From Flavobacteriaceae bacterium (GTDB lineage: Bacteria > Bacteroidota > Bacteroidia > Flavobacteriales > Flavobacteriaceae), in assembly GCA_002862645.1 (NCBI GenBank), contig PKDQ01000026.1, positions 66,777 to 130,776 on the forward strand: a stretch of 64,000 nt of DNA, written 5' to 3'. Under the pieces are notes generated by a model. That model did no database searches. It was not told the DNA's origin and saw nothing but the letters and a program-made list of their open reading frames with translations. The position numbers were made by a program, and so were the translations under genes. Below, in pieces: positions 8,919-20,022 of this stretch (within the stretch, counting starts at the first letter, position 1; every line of letters begins with the position of its first letter).

Positions 8919-11900
8919 TTAAAGTGTTAGTTTAAGTCCAAAGACTAATGTTGAAAGTGGATTATAACGGTACCAGTCAGAACCACCAATAACAGCCGTT
9001 GCTGGGTTAAATCCTTTTCTTTTTGAGCCTAACCAAAGGTTATCACCAGTTACATAAATATTAGCTGTTTCAATGCCAATAAAATCAGTGGTGCTTTTTG
9101 GTATATTGTAACCAATTCGAACATTATTCAAAGCTAAATAGTCAGCTTTGGTTAAAAATCTTGTGGAAGTTCCAGCTTGATCAAGTTGTTTTCTACCATC
9201 TTGACGAGGAATATCTGTTATATCTCCAGGATTTTTCCAACGATTTCTTATATCAGTGTGGAAGTTGTTTACACCAAGGAAATCATTGTCCATTAGTTGC
9301 GCATATGAAAAATCATAAGCGTAACCACCTACTTGATAATTAAATTGGGCTGTAAAACTGAAGTCTCCGTAAGTAGCATTAATCCTAAATGCACCACGTA
9401 AATCAGGAATAGCATCATAACCAGTAAATTGATCTGCAGCATCTGCATAAACATCTGTTGTATCTCTAAGAAGTGTTGCATCTTCGTTATCATATTCGTA
9501 TTGACTAAGAGATCTAACAATTTCGTCACCAGTGCTGAAATCACCACTGCTATCTAAATCATTAAATATTCTTTCCCATTGAGCTGCTCCTGTATCTGAA
9601 TCAACTCCAGTGTAAACAGGAATATAAAATTCATATAAAGAACGACCCTTAGCACGACCAAATCTTCCTGCTAGATCTAAGTTTTGTTGAAGTCCAGTTG
9701 CGGGATCAATTGGCATAGCAGTAAGCTCATTTTTAAACGATTCACCATTAACACCAAAGTCTAACTTGAATTTGGAATTATCGATCAGTTTAAAATTTAA
9801 ATCAAATTCTAAACCTTGGTTGACTAATTCACCGTCATTTACTGTAATAGATGCATATCCTACTGATGGACCAGTACTTCTGTTGAAGAACATATCTGTA
9901 GTAAGTTTGTTGTATGCCTCAATACTTCCTTCAACGAAATCACCGATTTCAAATTCAACACCAAAGTTCATTTGATTTGAAGTTTCCCAAGTTAAGTCTT
10001 TGTTACCTTTTGTGCTAAATGCCAAAGATATATTATCGTTCAAGTTATTGACGGAATATAAATTATATCCAGGGTAGAAACCTACACCGCCAGAGTTACC
10101 AATTTGTCCGTAACTTGCTTTAACTTTCAAAAAGTCAAAAATATCTGAATTGAATGAATCTTCTTTTGAAATAACCCACGCTAGACCAAATCCGAAGAAA
10201 TTGCCCCATTTTTCGTTTATGAATCTTGAGGAAGCATCTCTGTTGAATGTTCCAGTTATGAAATATTTCTCTTTGATTCCAATATTAGTACTTACAATGT
10301 AGCTTTCATCTCTTAACTCGTCAGTATAACCAGCACCAGGAGCATTAACAACACCATTAGCAATATCAGTTCCTTGAGGCATTACGAGATTAGTTCTTTC
10401 AGCATACAGGTAATTGAAGTCATAAGTTCTCGCAACGTGTGATGCAAAAGCAGAAACTTTGACATCATCAAATGACTTGTCGTACTTTAATGTTGTTCTT
10501 GAAGTCATGTTTTTAGTCTCATTTCTTGAACGAGTTACCTGACCACCTTGACCTTTGGCTGGGCTGTAGAAAGGCTCATCTAAAGTAATGCCCTCTGCCA
10601 TAAAATATTGATAACCTAAGTTGTGATCTAATTTAAGATTATCTGTAATTTCATAACTTATATTATTATTAAAATTAACAGAGTTGTTTTTACTTCTGCT
10701 TACGTTATTGTAGGAGTCAGCAACACCATTTGTAGCAAATCCAAAACCACGACCATCTTCTAAACCATAATCATACAAATAACCCCCATAGATTGGATCA
10801 GGAATTTTAGCACCTGAAGCATCACGCTGGAAAAGTGGATATATTGATGGAATATTATCTAACCACCAAAACTGGCTTGAAGAAGATTCTCCGGTTCCAT
10901 TGTTGTTTGACTCACTTTGTGTGTAGTTTAATGTAGAATTTACAGATATTTTGTCAGCGAATTTTTGAGTTATAGCTATTCTACCATTTAAACGTTGATA
11001 ATCCGTGTTAATCGCATATCCTTTATCATCAATAAAACCAAATGAAGTATAAACTGAAGAATTATTTCCAGAGTTAGAAAATGTAATAAGCGCTTCATTT
11101 CGCTCAGCTGCTTGAAGAGATTCATTTTCCCAATTCTCTGGAGAATATCTTCTTGTAACACCAGGTCGAACGCTAGCTGTATTTGGATCTATAAGATCAG
11201 AAACAGAATCTGCATTCCACATGTTATATACCTGTGAAATATCAGTAAAATCATCATTTGTAGTTGATTCAAATAAATTGTCATTTGCATAGGCAATCGC
11301 AGCAGCAGTATCTCCTGTATTTTCCAACATGCCTCTTTGGTATGCTGCCTCCCAAGAAATTCCAATGTATTCTTCTGGACTTTTCAGGGTTTCGTAACGA
11401 TCAATACCTTGGTAGTTCGTACCCGTTTTGAGTTCAACACTTAGTCCTGACTTAGATGAATCACTACCCCTTTTGGTAGTAATCACTATTACACCGTTTG
11501 CACCTCTAGCACCATAAGGAGTAGTTGCAGAAGCGTCTTTTAACACTGTAACTGTCTTTATATCGTTTGGATTGATGTCGTTATAACTACCTGAAAATGG
11601 AGCATTATCCACAATCAATAGTGGAGTCCTAGATCCATTAACAGATCCGAAACCTCTAATTCTTATTGTAGAGGAAGACCCCGGTTGACCAGAAGTATTA
11701 AATACCGCAACACCCGGTGCTTCACCGGCCAAGGCTTGTGAGACGTTTGTGTATGATTTTTGCTGTAATACCTCACCGGTAACTGTTTTGGCAGATCCAG
11801 CAAAAGTTGTTTTGGATACTTCACCAAAACCAGTTACAATTACTTCATCTAGTTCAGTTGAACTTGATAGAGTAAAGTTTAATGTTGAACCACTTATAGT

Positions 11901-12146
11901 GGCTTCTGATGCAGCAAATCCTACATAACTAGCAATGAGCACATCCCCGCTAGCAGCAGCTATTGCAAAATTTCCATCAAAATCAGCAGAAGTAGCTGTT
12001 GAGGTTCCCTTAACCACAAGTGTGGCTCCAGGTATGGGCTGACCATCTTGATCTGTAACCGTACCTTTAACAACTTGTTGAGCTAAAACAACCTGAAACA
12101 CCATCAAAAAAGAAAGTGTTAAAAACGTAATAAATTTAGTTTTCAT
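8919..12146 (-). CDS. SusC/RagA-family TonB-dependent outer-membrane transporter
   Basis: Signal peptide, then a carboxypeptidase-regulatory-like domain (VKGTVTDQDGQPIPGATLVVKGT), a plug and a large beta-barrel. ATG at 12146 (MKTKFITFL) is preferred over the TTG at 12173. No N-terminal STN/anti-sigma signalling extension. Confidence 0.9.
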   Translation of the reverse strand: MKTKFITFLTLSFLMVFQVVLAQQVVKGTVTDQDGQPIPGATLVVKGTSTATSADFDGNFAIAAASGDVLIASYVGFAASEATISGSTLNFTLSSSTELDEVIVTGFGEVSKTTFAGSAKTVTGEVLQQKSYTNVSQALAGEAPGVAVFNTSGQPGSSSTIRIRGFGSVNGSRTPLLIVDNAPFSGSYNDINPNDIKTVTVLKDASATTPYGARGANGVIVITTKRGSDSSKSGLSVELKTGTNYQGIDRYETLKSPEEYIGISWEAAYQRGMLENTGDTAAAIAYANDNLFESTTNDDFTDISQVYNMWNADSVSDLIDPNTASVRPGVTRRYSPENWENESLQAAERNEALITFSNSGNNSSVYTSFGFIDDKGYAINTDYQRLNGRIAITQKFADKISVNSTLNYTQSESNNNGTGESSSSQFWWLDNIPSIYPLFQRDASGAKIPDPIYGGYLYDYGLEDGRGFGFATNGVADSYNNVSRSKNNSVNFNNNISYEITDNLKLDHNLGYQYFMAEGITLDEPFYSPAKGQGGQVTRSRNETKNMTSRTTLKYDKSFDDVKVSAFASHVARTYDFNYLYAERTNLVMPQGTDIANGVVNAPGAGYTDELRDESYIVSTNIGIKEKYFITGTFNRDASSRFINEKWGNFFGFGLAWVISKEDSFNSDIFDFLKVKASYGQIGNSGGVGFYPGYNLYSVNNLNDNISLAFSTKGNKDLTWETSNQMNFGVEFEIGDFVEGSIEAYNKLTTDMFFNRSTGPSVGYASITVNDGELVNQGLEFDLNFKLIDNSKFKLDFGVNGESFKNELTAMPIDPATGLQQNLDLAGRFGRAKGRSLYEFYIPVYTGVDSDTGAAQWERIFNDLDSSGDFSTGDEIVRSLSQYEYDNEDATLLRDTTDVYADAADQFTGYDAIPDLRGAFRINATYGDFSFTAQFNYQVGGYAYDFSYAQLMDNDFLGVNNFHTDIRNRWKNPGDITDIPRQDGRKQLDQAGTSTRFLTKADYLALNNVRIGYNIPKSTTDFIGIETANIYVTGDNLWLGSKRKGFNPATAVIGGSDWYRYNPLSTLVFGLKLTL

Positions 12147-12267
12147 AATTAAATTGTGTGTTAGTAACTTCAAAGATGTTAATTTAATGTTAAATACACA
12201 AACATTTTATGCTTAAAATTTGATCTGCCTAAAACAATTTATAAATCACCTTATTTAAGTTTCACAA

Positions 12268-14277
12268 TTAATTGCTAATAATTATCCGTTTAAAAATGTA
12301 TCCTAATTCTGTTTCAATTCCTAAAATATAGGTACCATTAGCTAATACTGAAATATCAACATTTGTACTAACTAAAGAAAAATTATTTTTTTCTACAATA
12401 AATATTTCTTTTCCATAAATGTTAAAAATTTTTAAGTTTTTAAAATTAATTTTATTGTTTAGCGCACTGACCGTAAAATTGTCACTAGTTGGAATAGGGG
12501 CCACTAAAAAGTTATTTACTAAAGAAAACTGATCTAACTCTTCTTCTGATTTTGAAAAAATACCTGGTCCAGTAACAATTAAAGTCCCTTTTTGTTTACT
12601 ATTTTCATATTCACCATCCTTGTTATATCGCCTTAATGTACCCTTGTGCGATATGGTAATTTTATAGCGCCCACCTAACGCTTCAGACACTACTACTTTT
12701 TCTAAGTTGTCCCTGGTGTTATCACCCAAAATGGCCACAGGCTGTTGCACATTTGTTGGTAACGCCCAGGGCAAATAAGTTTTATTTTTTTGAGTAATGC
12801 GAAGGTCAAGATCGTTAACAAGTGCATTAGTTGCGTAAAATAAAGCTGGCGGGTCATACCAACTAAGTGTTGCTGTTAATAATCCCACATCGTTTGTAGT
12901 TTGAAAATATATGGTCTCTGTTTCCCCTTGATCGAGTTCGAAATTGTGGATGGTCAAGGTTTCCATCTTATCTTTTTCAATAATCGTTGCTGCTTTTTCT
13001 AAATTTACGGAGCCATAACCCGTTTTCACATCTGGGCCCTTCATATCTAAACCATTCCATTCAGTAACATCATCTGCAGTGTGACAAATCAATGCCTTTA
13101 TTGCTGCGCCATTCATATACTTATTAAAAATTCTTTTGTGTAGCTGTTGTAGCAATGCTACACCAGCTGCTATTGCTGGTGAAGCAAACGAAGTGCCACT
13201 GCTTGATTGGTATAAATCTTTCGATTCAGGATTATTTACTGACCAAAAAGCTACCCCAAGATTTTCCCCAGGGCCGCAAACTTCTGGCTTAATGCGGAAA
13301 TCGTTTGTAGGTCCTGCACTGCTAAAATCTGTCACCCCTTTTTTTACTCCATTATCATCCATAGAAAAACTTCCAACGGTCAATACGTTTTTTGCCGAAG
13401 TAGATCCGGTTAGTTGATCTAAGCCAGGTACTTGTTGGTTTGGATATGATACGAGCCCATCGTTACCGGCAGCCAATACATGTAAATAAGTAGGATAGGT
13501 GTAAGCTATTTCATCCAATAAAGCACTCCAGTCGCTGTAATCACCAATATATTCACTTGGAATAGGCTCATTTTCTTCATCTATTAATGGATAACCATAA
13601 GAGTGGTTTGATATAATAAAATCTGAATTTGCATTTATTTGTAATTGCTCAAAAATTTCAAACACATCATTTTCCCAATCATAACTATATATTTTTTCAA
13701 GGCCAGGCGCAATGCCGGTCATTTCATAGCTTTCTTGGTGAAATAGTCCTTTTGCCACAACAATTGAAGCCACTGAAGTAGGGTGACTACTCCAAATATT
13801 TGCTTTTGATGCGTCTGAAATTTCAATATTGACACTAGGTTCAAAATTGTTGGAACTTGTTGTGAATTCATCATGTACTGTAAAAATATGACCGCCATCC
13901 CAAATACCAATATGAATGCCATTGCCGTCTAGGTTGTAGCCTTTAAGCCCAGCCGTTCCCACTACATCTGCTTTTACAGCTTTTCTATGTGAACGACCAT
14001 GGTAGGTTGTAAAGTAAAGTGGCTTTCCGTTGGGCGTAACCCTGTTTGGTCTGATGTAATTTCCGTCTTTACCCTTTTTAAGCCGTGGGTCTTTGGCTTG
14101 AATAAGACTATCGATGATTCGATTTTGTACTAAAATTATTTTTTGAATACGTTCTTTTAGTGCCTGTTTTTGTTCGGCTTTTTCATCATGTAATTTTGTT
14201 TTATTGTTTAAAGATATAGATGTAACACAAGACAACCATATAAACAAACTTATAAGCAAAATGATTATCTTTTTCAT
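12268..14277 (-). CDS. secreted S8 (subtilisin-like) serine peptidase with T9SS C-terminal sorting domain
   Basis: 669 aa. Asp in GIWDGG, His in SHPTSVAS, Asn in SNHSYG, Ser in SGTSFASP. C-terminal LKIFNIYGKEIF...NGTYILGIE tail. Confidence 0.85.
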   Translation of the reverse strand: MKKIIILLISLFIWLSCVTSISLNNKTKLHDEKAEQKQALKERIQKIILVQNRIIDSLIQAKDPRLKKGKDGNYIRPNRVTPNGKPLYFTTYHGRSHRKAVKADVVGTAGLKGYNLDGNGIHIGIWDGGHIFTVHDEFTTSSNNFEPSVNIEISDASKANIWSSHPTSVASIVVAKGLFHQESYEMTGIAPGLEKIYSYDWENDVFEIFEQLQINANSDFIISNHSYGYPLIDEENEPIPSEYIGDYSDWSALLDEIAYTYPTYLHVLAAGNDGLVSYPNQQVPGLDQLTGSTSAKNVLTVGSFSMDDNGVKKGVTDFSSAGPTNDFRIKPEVCGPGENLGVAFWSVNNPESKDLYQSSSGTSFASPAIAAGVALLQQLHKRIFNKYMNGAAIKALICHTADDVTEWNGLDMKGPDVKTGYGSVNLEKAATIIEKDKMETLTIHNFELDQGETETIYFQTTNDVGLLTATLSWYDPPALFYATNALVNDLDLRITQKNKTYLPWALPTNVQQPVAILGDNTRDNLEKVVVSEALGGRYKITISHKGTLRRYNKDGEYENSKQKGTLIVTGPGIFSKSEEELDQFSLVNNFLVAPIPTSDNFTVSALNNKINFKNLKIFNIYGKEIFIVEKNNFSLVSTNVDISVLANGTYILGIETELGYIFKRIIISN

Positions 14278-14359
14278 TTTAACAAATTAACAAAAACCTA
14301 GCCAAAATGTTTAATTAGGAATTTTGATATACTTTTTTGATTAAAAATTTTAATTACAA

Positions 14360-15412
14360 TTAATTAACATTTGCAATATTTCGACTAGCTATTCGGTCTA
14401 GCTTTGACGTTGAGTTGTATTTAAAAGCAGGAATACAAAATACTTCTTTTGGGATGTGGTATTTATTTGAGTCTAAATACTTCCGTGCAATAGCAATAAG
14501 TTCTCTTTTTTTTGAGGCTGGGGCTTCAGCCAATAGCACCAGTTTTTCACCTAATTTTGCATCTGGCATCCCAGTAAAAAAGAAAGGAAATTTCATGTAT
14601 GGCGCTAATGTTTCTTCTAATGCTTCTGGAAAAATCTTTATTCCTCCAGAATTGATTACCCAATCTCGTCTGCCCAATAACTGAAAAGTATCATCGCCCT
14701 CAAGTTTTACAATATCTTGTGTAACAATTGGAGACAGCGGTAAATTAGGTACATCAATGACCAAACAATTATTTTCATCTTTCGAAATACTAATTCCAGG
14801 CATTGTCTTAAATTGCTTTAAACTACCTGTTATATATCTCGTAGCCACGTGCGTTAGTGTTTCTGTCATTCCATATGTCTCGATACAGTTACTGTATTTT
14901 TTGCTAATGCGCTGGCGGAGGTTATTGGATATGGGCGCACCTCCGATTAATACGGTTTTAAATTGTCCTAATAAATTAAAGGAAACCTTTGCTTGTAAGG
15001 GAATTAGAGCGGTAAAATCATATTTTCTAACAATATGGAGCTTGGTTTTTGGCGGAACGATATCAAGGTGCCATCCCAGTAATAGGGCACGTACCAACAT
15101 CATTTTACCTGCGATATAGTGTGTGGGTAAACACAAGAGTGCTGAGGTACCTTCAGATAACTTAAAAAAGGCTGCGGTTCGCACTGCAGAAGCGTACATG
15201 GCCGTTTTTGGCACGTGGATTTCTTTTGGTTTTCCAGTGGACCCTGAAGTGTGTATGGCAATATGATCGTCATTGCTTAGCCAATCCGTGACAAAACTTC
15301 CTAAGCCCTGTAATTCTTCATCTGAAGCAGTTTTCCATTGCCACGCTGCCTTTTTCAAAGAATTTCGGTCATATGCCTTCCCGTTTAGCCGAAATGATGC
15401 GTGTACCAACAT
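14360..15412 (-). CDS. menE: o-succinylbenzoate-CoA ligase (short Bacteroidetes form)
   Basis: 350 aa. AMP-binding TSGSTGKPK and YGMTET. Position in the men operon. Confidence 0.8.
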   Translation of the reverse strand: MLVHASFRLNGKAYDRNSLKKAAWQWKTASDEELQGLGSFVTDWLSNDDHIAIHTSGSTGKPKEIHVPKTAMYASAVRTAAFFKLSEGTSALLCLPTHYIAGKMMLVRALLLGWHLDIVPPKTKLHIVRKYDFTALIPLQAKVSFNLLGQFKTVLIGGAPISNNLRQRISKKYSNCIETYGMTETLTHVATRYITGSLKQFKTMPGISISKDENNCLVIDVPNLPLSPIVTQDIVKLEGDDTFQLLGRRDWVINSGGIKIFPEALEETLAPYMKFPFFFTGMPDAKLGEKLVLLAEAPASKKRELIAIARKYLDSNKYHIPKEVFCIPAFKYNSTSKLDRIASRNIANVN

Positions 15413-15413
15413 A

Positions 15414-16451
15414 TTAGTTTATATTTTTTAAATCCCATTTAATAGCGCTCTCGTATAGCAATACACCCTTGTCCGCCACCAAAGGGCTAAGAATGTTGTT
15501 GGTGAACAACCCTCCTGTACCCAAGCCTTGTGGCATCGAAGTATTTTGCATAGCTGTCCATTGGGCAATAGCATTTAGCCCTACATTACTTTCTAATGCA
15601 CTGGTGATCCACCAGCCTATATTACGTGCCTCCGCCAGTTTTATCCAGTCTTCTGATGCAGAAAAACCACCCAATAAGCTTGGTTTTAAAATAATGTATT
15701 GCGGTTGTATTTTATCTAATAGTGCGGCTTGTTCTGTTGTATTCAATACGCCTATCAACTCTTCGTCAATAGCAATAGGAATCGGTGTTTGTGCACACAG
15801 TTTTTGCATGGCTTTTACTTGCCCAGCAACAATGGGTTGCTCAATGCTGTGTAGCCCATACTGTGAAAGTTTTTCTAGCTTTTGCAATGCTTCTTCAGGC
15901 CTAAAGGCTCCGTTGGCGTCTACCCTTAAGGTAACCGCTGCAGCAGAATAGCGCTTTCTTATTTCAGCCAATAGTTGGCACTCCGCATCAAAGTCCAACG
16001 CTCCAATTTTGAGTTTTATGCAGTCATAACCTGCCTCAATTTTGTCAAAAATCTGTTGGCGCATAAAGTCTATGGTGCCCATCCATACAAGTCCATTTAT
16101 AGAAATAGGTTGCGTTCCTTCGCTAAAAGGAGTCTCATATAACTGGAAGGAATCATCCGAGGCAAATGATTTTAAAGCCATTTCCACACCCATTCTTATA
16201 GATGGAAAGTCCGTATAAAGTGGACTTGCATCCACACCCCTTTCCAACGTGCTACAAACCTTAGCGAGTTGTTCTTCAAAATGTGGCACATCATCCACGC
16301 TTAACCCCCTAAATAATCCACATTCGCCAATGCCGTAGCGCTTTCCTTCGCTCATTTCAATGAAGAAGGTTTCTTTTTGCCGTAGGACGCCTCTGGAAGT
16401 GCCGCTAGGCTGCTTAAAGTTCAATACGTATTTGCGATAACGTACGTTCAT
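15414..16451 (-). CDS. menC: o-succinylbenzoate synthase (enolase superfamily)
   Basis: 345 aa. IKLKIG, LRVDANGAF, IEQP and IAIDEEL metal/acid-base motifs. ATGA overlap with menA. Confidence 0.85.
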   Translation of the reverse strand: MNVRYRKYVLNFKQPSGTSRGVLRQKETFFIEMSEGKRYGIGECGLFRGLSVDDVPHFEEQLAKVCSTLERGVDASPLYTDFPSIRMGVEMALKSFASDDSFQLYETPFSEGTQPISINGLVWMGTIDFMRQQIFDKIEAGYDCIKLKIGALDFDAECQLLAEIRKRYSAAAVTLRVDANGAFRPEEALQKLEKLSQYGLHSIEQPIVAGQVKAMQKLCAQTPIPIAIDEELIGVLNTTEQAALLDKIQPQYIILKPSLLGGFSASEDWIKLAEARNIGWWITSALESNVGLNAIAQWTAMQNTSMPQGLGTGGLFTNNILSPLVADKGVLLYESAIKWDLKNIN

Positions 16452-17365
16452 GCCCCCATGATTTGCGTGAGTAGAAGAATTATACTTGTTCCAAATATGC
16501 TTAAGGCCAACGGTTTGAGTAATCCATCAAAAGCGCCATGTATTTCAAGTTTTCGTGTTGATTTGAGCTGTAATAACAAAGGAAAAACCATCAGCAAGGG
16601 TGCATAGCCTATCCATCCATCAGCTATGTTAGTAAGCCCCGCCATGAAGCTTGTAATGCTGCCCAATACCAATATACTATGATAGGTTTTGGCGCTTTTT
16701 AGACCTAAAAAAGCAGCCACGGTTTTTTTTCCAGCCTTGGTGTCGTTTTGCATGTCACGCATATTGTTTAAGTTCAAAACCGCTGTGCTCAACCCCCCTA
16801 TAGCAAAAGCAAACCACCATATATGAGGGTCTAATTGTTTGGTCTGTAAGTAAAATGATCCACCAACAGCAAGCAGTCCAAAAAAGGCGAATACAAATAC
16901 ATCTCCTAAAGCATGGTAGCCATAGGCTCCTTTACCAGCTGTATACTTATAGGCAGCCACTATGGCAACTACTGCCAAGCCTAAAAAAGTGAAGACGCTT
17001 TTTGTTTCTCCTGCTTCAAATGCTATGGAAACGGTAGCTGCTGCCAACAAGAACCCAACGACAGCAGTAATCACGATACCTTTTAAAAGGGTTTTTGGTG
17101 ACAGGAGATTTTGCTGCAAAACGCGTTTGGGTCCAATGCGTTCATGGTTATCGGTTCCTTTGATACCATCGCCATAGTCGTTAGCGAAATTAGATAGTAT
17201 TTGGAACACGATAGCTGTTAGTAAGGTGCCTCCAAAGGCATAAGGACAAAACTCCTCGTTTTGGATGGCCAATGCATTGCCCACAACAATCCCAGCAACA
17301 GACAAGGGTAAGGTGCGCAGTCGTGCTGCAGTTACCCAAATCGTTAACAAGGATTTTTGCGACAC
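16448..17365 (-). CDS. menA: 1,4-dihydroxy-2-naphthoate polyprenyltransferase
   Basis: 305 aa polytopic UbiA-family protein. NDYGDGIKGTD motif. GTG start overlaps the menB stop by 1 nt. Confidence 0.9.
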   Translation of the reverse strand: MSQKSLLTIWVTAARLRTLPLSVAGIVVGNALAIQNEEFCPYAFGGTLLTAIVFQILSNFANDYGDGIKGTDNHERIGPKRVLQQNLLSPKTLLKGIVITAVVGFLLAAATVSIAFEAGETKSVFTFLGLAVVAIVAAYKYTAGKGAYGYHALGDVFVFAFFGLLAVGGSFYLQTKQLDPHIWWFAFAIGGLSTAVLNLNNMRDMQNDTKAGKKTVAAFLGLKSAKTYHSILVLGSITSFMAGLTNIADGWIGYAPLLMVFPLLLQLKSTRKLEIHGAFDGLLKPLALSIFGTSIILLLTQIMGA

Positions 17366-18180
17366 TATGGAAACTTTGGATATTGCTTGAAGTTGGGCTT
17401 ACGCTTTTCTAAAAAGGCATTTTTACCTTCTTGGGCTTCGTCCATGAGGTAATACATAAGCGTTGCGTCACCTGCAAGTTGCATAATGCCATGTTGACCA
17501 TCAAGTTCGGCATTCATACAGCGTTTGATCATGCGCAATGCCAAAGGGCTGCGCTGTTGCATGATTTGACACCAGTCAACTACGGAGTCTTCCAGTTTTT
17601 CTAGCGGAACAACCTTGTTGATCAGTCCCATGTCTAATGCTTCTTGAGCAGAATATTGCTGACATAAAAACCAAATTTCTCGTGCCTTTTTCTGGCCTAC
17701 GTGCCTTGCAAGATAGGATGATCCAAATCCTCCGTCAAAGCTACCTACTTTTGGACCTGTTTGTCCAAAAATGGCATTTTCACTTGCAATGGTTAGATCG
17801 CAAACCACATGAAGCACGTGTCCGCCTCCAATTGCATATCCATTGACCATAGCCACAACGGGCTTAGGAATTTCACGAATTTTTTTGTGGAGGTCCAATA
17901 CATTCAGGCGTGGAACACCGTCCTCACCCACATAGCCACCCACGCCTTTTACGTTTTGATCACCGCCGCTACAAAACGCTTTTTCGCCTGCGCCGGTAAA
18001 TACCACTACGTCGATGTCTTCGCGTTCGCGACAGATATCCATGGCTTCCAACATTTGGTTGTTGGTCTCAGGTCGAAAGGCGTTATAAACACCTTCTCTA
18101 TCTATGGTGATTTTAGCGATTCCTTTAAAAAATTCGAAGCGGATGTCGCTATATGCTTTGATGGTTTCCCATATTCTCAT
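17365..18180 (-). CDS. menB: 1,4-dihydroxy-2-naphthoyl-CoA synthase
   Basis: 271 aa crotonase fold. [36 protein letters not shown]. Confidence 0.95.
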   Translation of the reverse strand: MRIWETIKAYSDIRFEFFKGIAKITIDREGVYNAFRPETNNQMLEAMDICREREDIDVVVFTGAGEKAFCSGGDQNVKGVGGYVGEDGVPRLNVLDLHKKIREIPKPVVAMVNGYAIGGGHVLHVVCDLTIASENAIFGQTGPKVGSFDGGFGSSYLARHVGQKKAREIWFLCQQYSAQEALDMGLINKVVPLEKLEDSVVDWCQIMQQRSPLALRMIKRCMNAELDGQHGIMQLAGDATLMYYLMDEAQEGKNAFLEKRKPNFKQYPKFP

Positions 18181-19973
18181 AATTGTTGATTTAATTCGTT
18201 TGTAACCATGGCCTTAAAATAATCTAAAAGTACCACATTGTTTGTTTTTCTGGGGGTGCAAATCTCTAAAATTTTAGCTTTACCACCAGGCTTAAAAAAT
18301 GTCTTTAAGGCTTGTTTTAAACCCCACTTGGTTTGAACACGCTTATAGCCCAACCCAAAACTTTTCGCCACATTTCGGGCATTGCGATTGTGGATAGTTT
18401 CAAAGTAGTTATCGTACTTGGGGGTGTCTTTGTCTTCTGAAAGTATCCTAAAAATACCACCCCCTTGATTGTTAATTACAATAATGCGTATATCCTGTGG
18501 GATATAATTATTCCACAAGCCATTGATATCGTAAAAAAAGCTTAGATCACCGGAGATTAATACCGTTTGTTTGGGATTGATTTGCGCAGCTCCCATAGCG
18601 GTTGCCGTACTCCCATCTATACCCGCAGTGCCTCTGTTACAGAATACTTCTGTACCTGTTAGTAAATCAAATAATTGAATGTAACGTACTGGAGAACTGT
18701 TAGCTATTTGTAAATGTATATTTTGTGGAAGCGCAGTTGTAATCATATCAAAAACACGCAGGTCAGAAAAGGGAGCTTTTTTTAAATAACCAGCAGCTGT
18801 TTGAAGGTATCTGTTGTAGTGTGATAGCATCCTTGGTTGGTAGTTACCCTTAGACACTGTTTTTAAGCTATTTAGGGTTGCTGCAGCCGGTGCATCAAGA
18901 TGTGCTGTTAAATAGAAAAAGGTGTCATTTGCTGAAGTTTCCCCTAGGTGGAAGTGATGCTTTGCTTTGTGTTCACGCAGGAAAAATTTGATTTTCTTTG
19001 AGACTACCATACCACCAGTAGTAATTAGTAAATCTGGTTGTAAATTTGACTGGTTATTGGGCTCTAGTTCTAGAGGCGCCATTAGGCAGTCAATAGCACC
19101 GATAGCCTTTGGATTTGAAAAGTTAGAGGTCTTTTCGGTAAGCACCAACACAGTTGGGTCTTTGAGTACTTTGGAAAGAACAGCTGAAAGTTCTGCATTG
19201 GGTTTTGATACCCCAACTAAAATCATTTTTCTTTTTGCTTTATCCCATAGCGACTGTAGATTTGAGATATCCGTCTCTAGATCAGCAGTAGCTTGCAATT
19301 TTGGCTTTGGGAAGGGGATGGGGGTTGTGGTCATCCCATATAAGGGCTCTTCCATAGGAATATTTAGATGTACTGGTCCTTTGCTGTGGTTTGCCAATGC
19401 AAACACGCGTTGCAGTTCTGCAATATTGTGAGCTTGGTGTTTTTCTTGCAGATTAGCTACTTCTTTTTGACTGGGCTTGTTAGCAAAAAAAGTTTGTTTG
19501 TTGCTTTTTAGTAGGGTTTCGGTAGCATGCGAAACGTCAGGAAGTAAAATAGCAGCGCTTAAAAGATGCGGCCCAAAAACCCCTTCTTGTTCAATAGTTT
19601 GTCCATCGCCAATTCCGATGCGATGCGGCATACGATCTGCGGATAGGATTACCAATGGTATACCACTGTAATAGGCTTCTGCCACGGCAGGGTAGTAGTT
19701 CAAAAGTGCTGATCCAGAAGTACAGACTACCGCAACAGGTTGATCTAGCTGCTGGGCCATGCCCAATGCAAAAAATGCAGCAGCGCGTTCGTCGACTATA
19801 CTATATGTCTTAAAAAATGTATTTTCAGTGAAACCATTCGTAAGGGGTGCATTCCGCGATCCGGCAGAAATAACAACGTGCTCAATACCGTATTGCTCAC
19901 AATAAAATACAACTGCTTGTGGCAGCGGTATTTCTGTGAAGCGTAAATGCTTTGATTTGGAATCGGGTTTCAT
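18177..19973 (-). CDS. menD: SEPHCHC synthase (2-succinyl-5-enolpyruvyl-6-hydroxy-3-cyclohexene-1-carboxylate synthase)
   Basis: ThDP enzyme. [30 protein letters not shown] at 19973 (MKPDSK) is preferred over the TTG at 19991. Confidence 0.9.
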   Translation of the reverse strand: MKPDSKSKHLRFTEIPLPQAVVFYCEQYGIEHVVISAGSRNAPLTNGFTENTFFKTYSIVDERAAAFFALGMAQQLDQPVAVVCTSGSALLNYYPAVAEAYYSGIPLVILSADRMPHRIGIGDGQTIEQEGVFGPHLLSAAILLPDVSHATETLLKSNKQTFFANKPSQKEVANLQEKHQAHNIAELQRVFALANHSKGPVHLNIPMEEPLYGMTTTPIPFPKPKLQATADLETDISNLQSLWDKAKRKMILVGVSKPNAELSAVLSKVLKDPTVLVLTEKTSNFSNPKAIGAIDCLMAPLELEPNNQSNLQPDLLITTGGMVVSKKIKFFLREHKAKHHFHLGETSANDTFFYLTAHLDAPAAATLNSLKTVSKGNYQPRMLSHYNRYLQTAAGYLKKAPFSDLRVFDMITTALPQNIHLQIANSSPVRYIQLFDLLTGTEVFCNRGTAGIDGSTATAMGAAQINPKQTVLISGDLSFFYDINGLWNNYIPQDIRIIVINNQGGGIFRILSEDKDTPKYDNYFETIHNRNARNVAKSFGLGYKRVQTKWGLKQALKTFFKPGGKAKILEICTPRKTNNVVLLDYFKAMVTNELNQQL

Positions 19974-20022
19974 AGCCCTGCAAAAGTACAAAACCGAATG
20001 TGAGTGTACTAACGCTCATATT

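Noticed and set aside
12147-12173. N-terminal extensions in the ORF track: susC 12173, menD 19991, M43 7304, fadD 62571, marR 60744, fadB 60362, rplE 30013, rpoA 36477.
   Set aside because: I checked susC, menD, M43, fadD and marR by hand: their track starts are TTG codons with no support. The fadB, rplE and rpoA track starts would overlap the upstream gene. In every case a downstream ATG gives the canonical N-terminus (signal peptide, Rossmann motif or conserved ribosomal start) and normal spacing.
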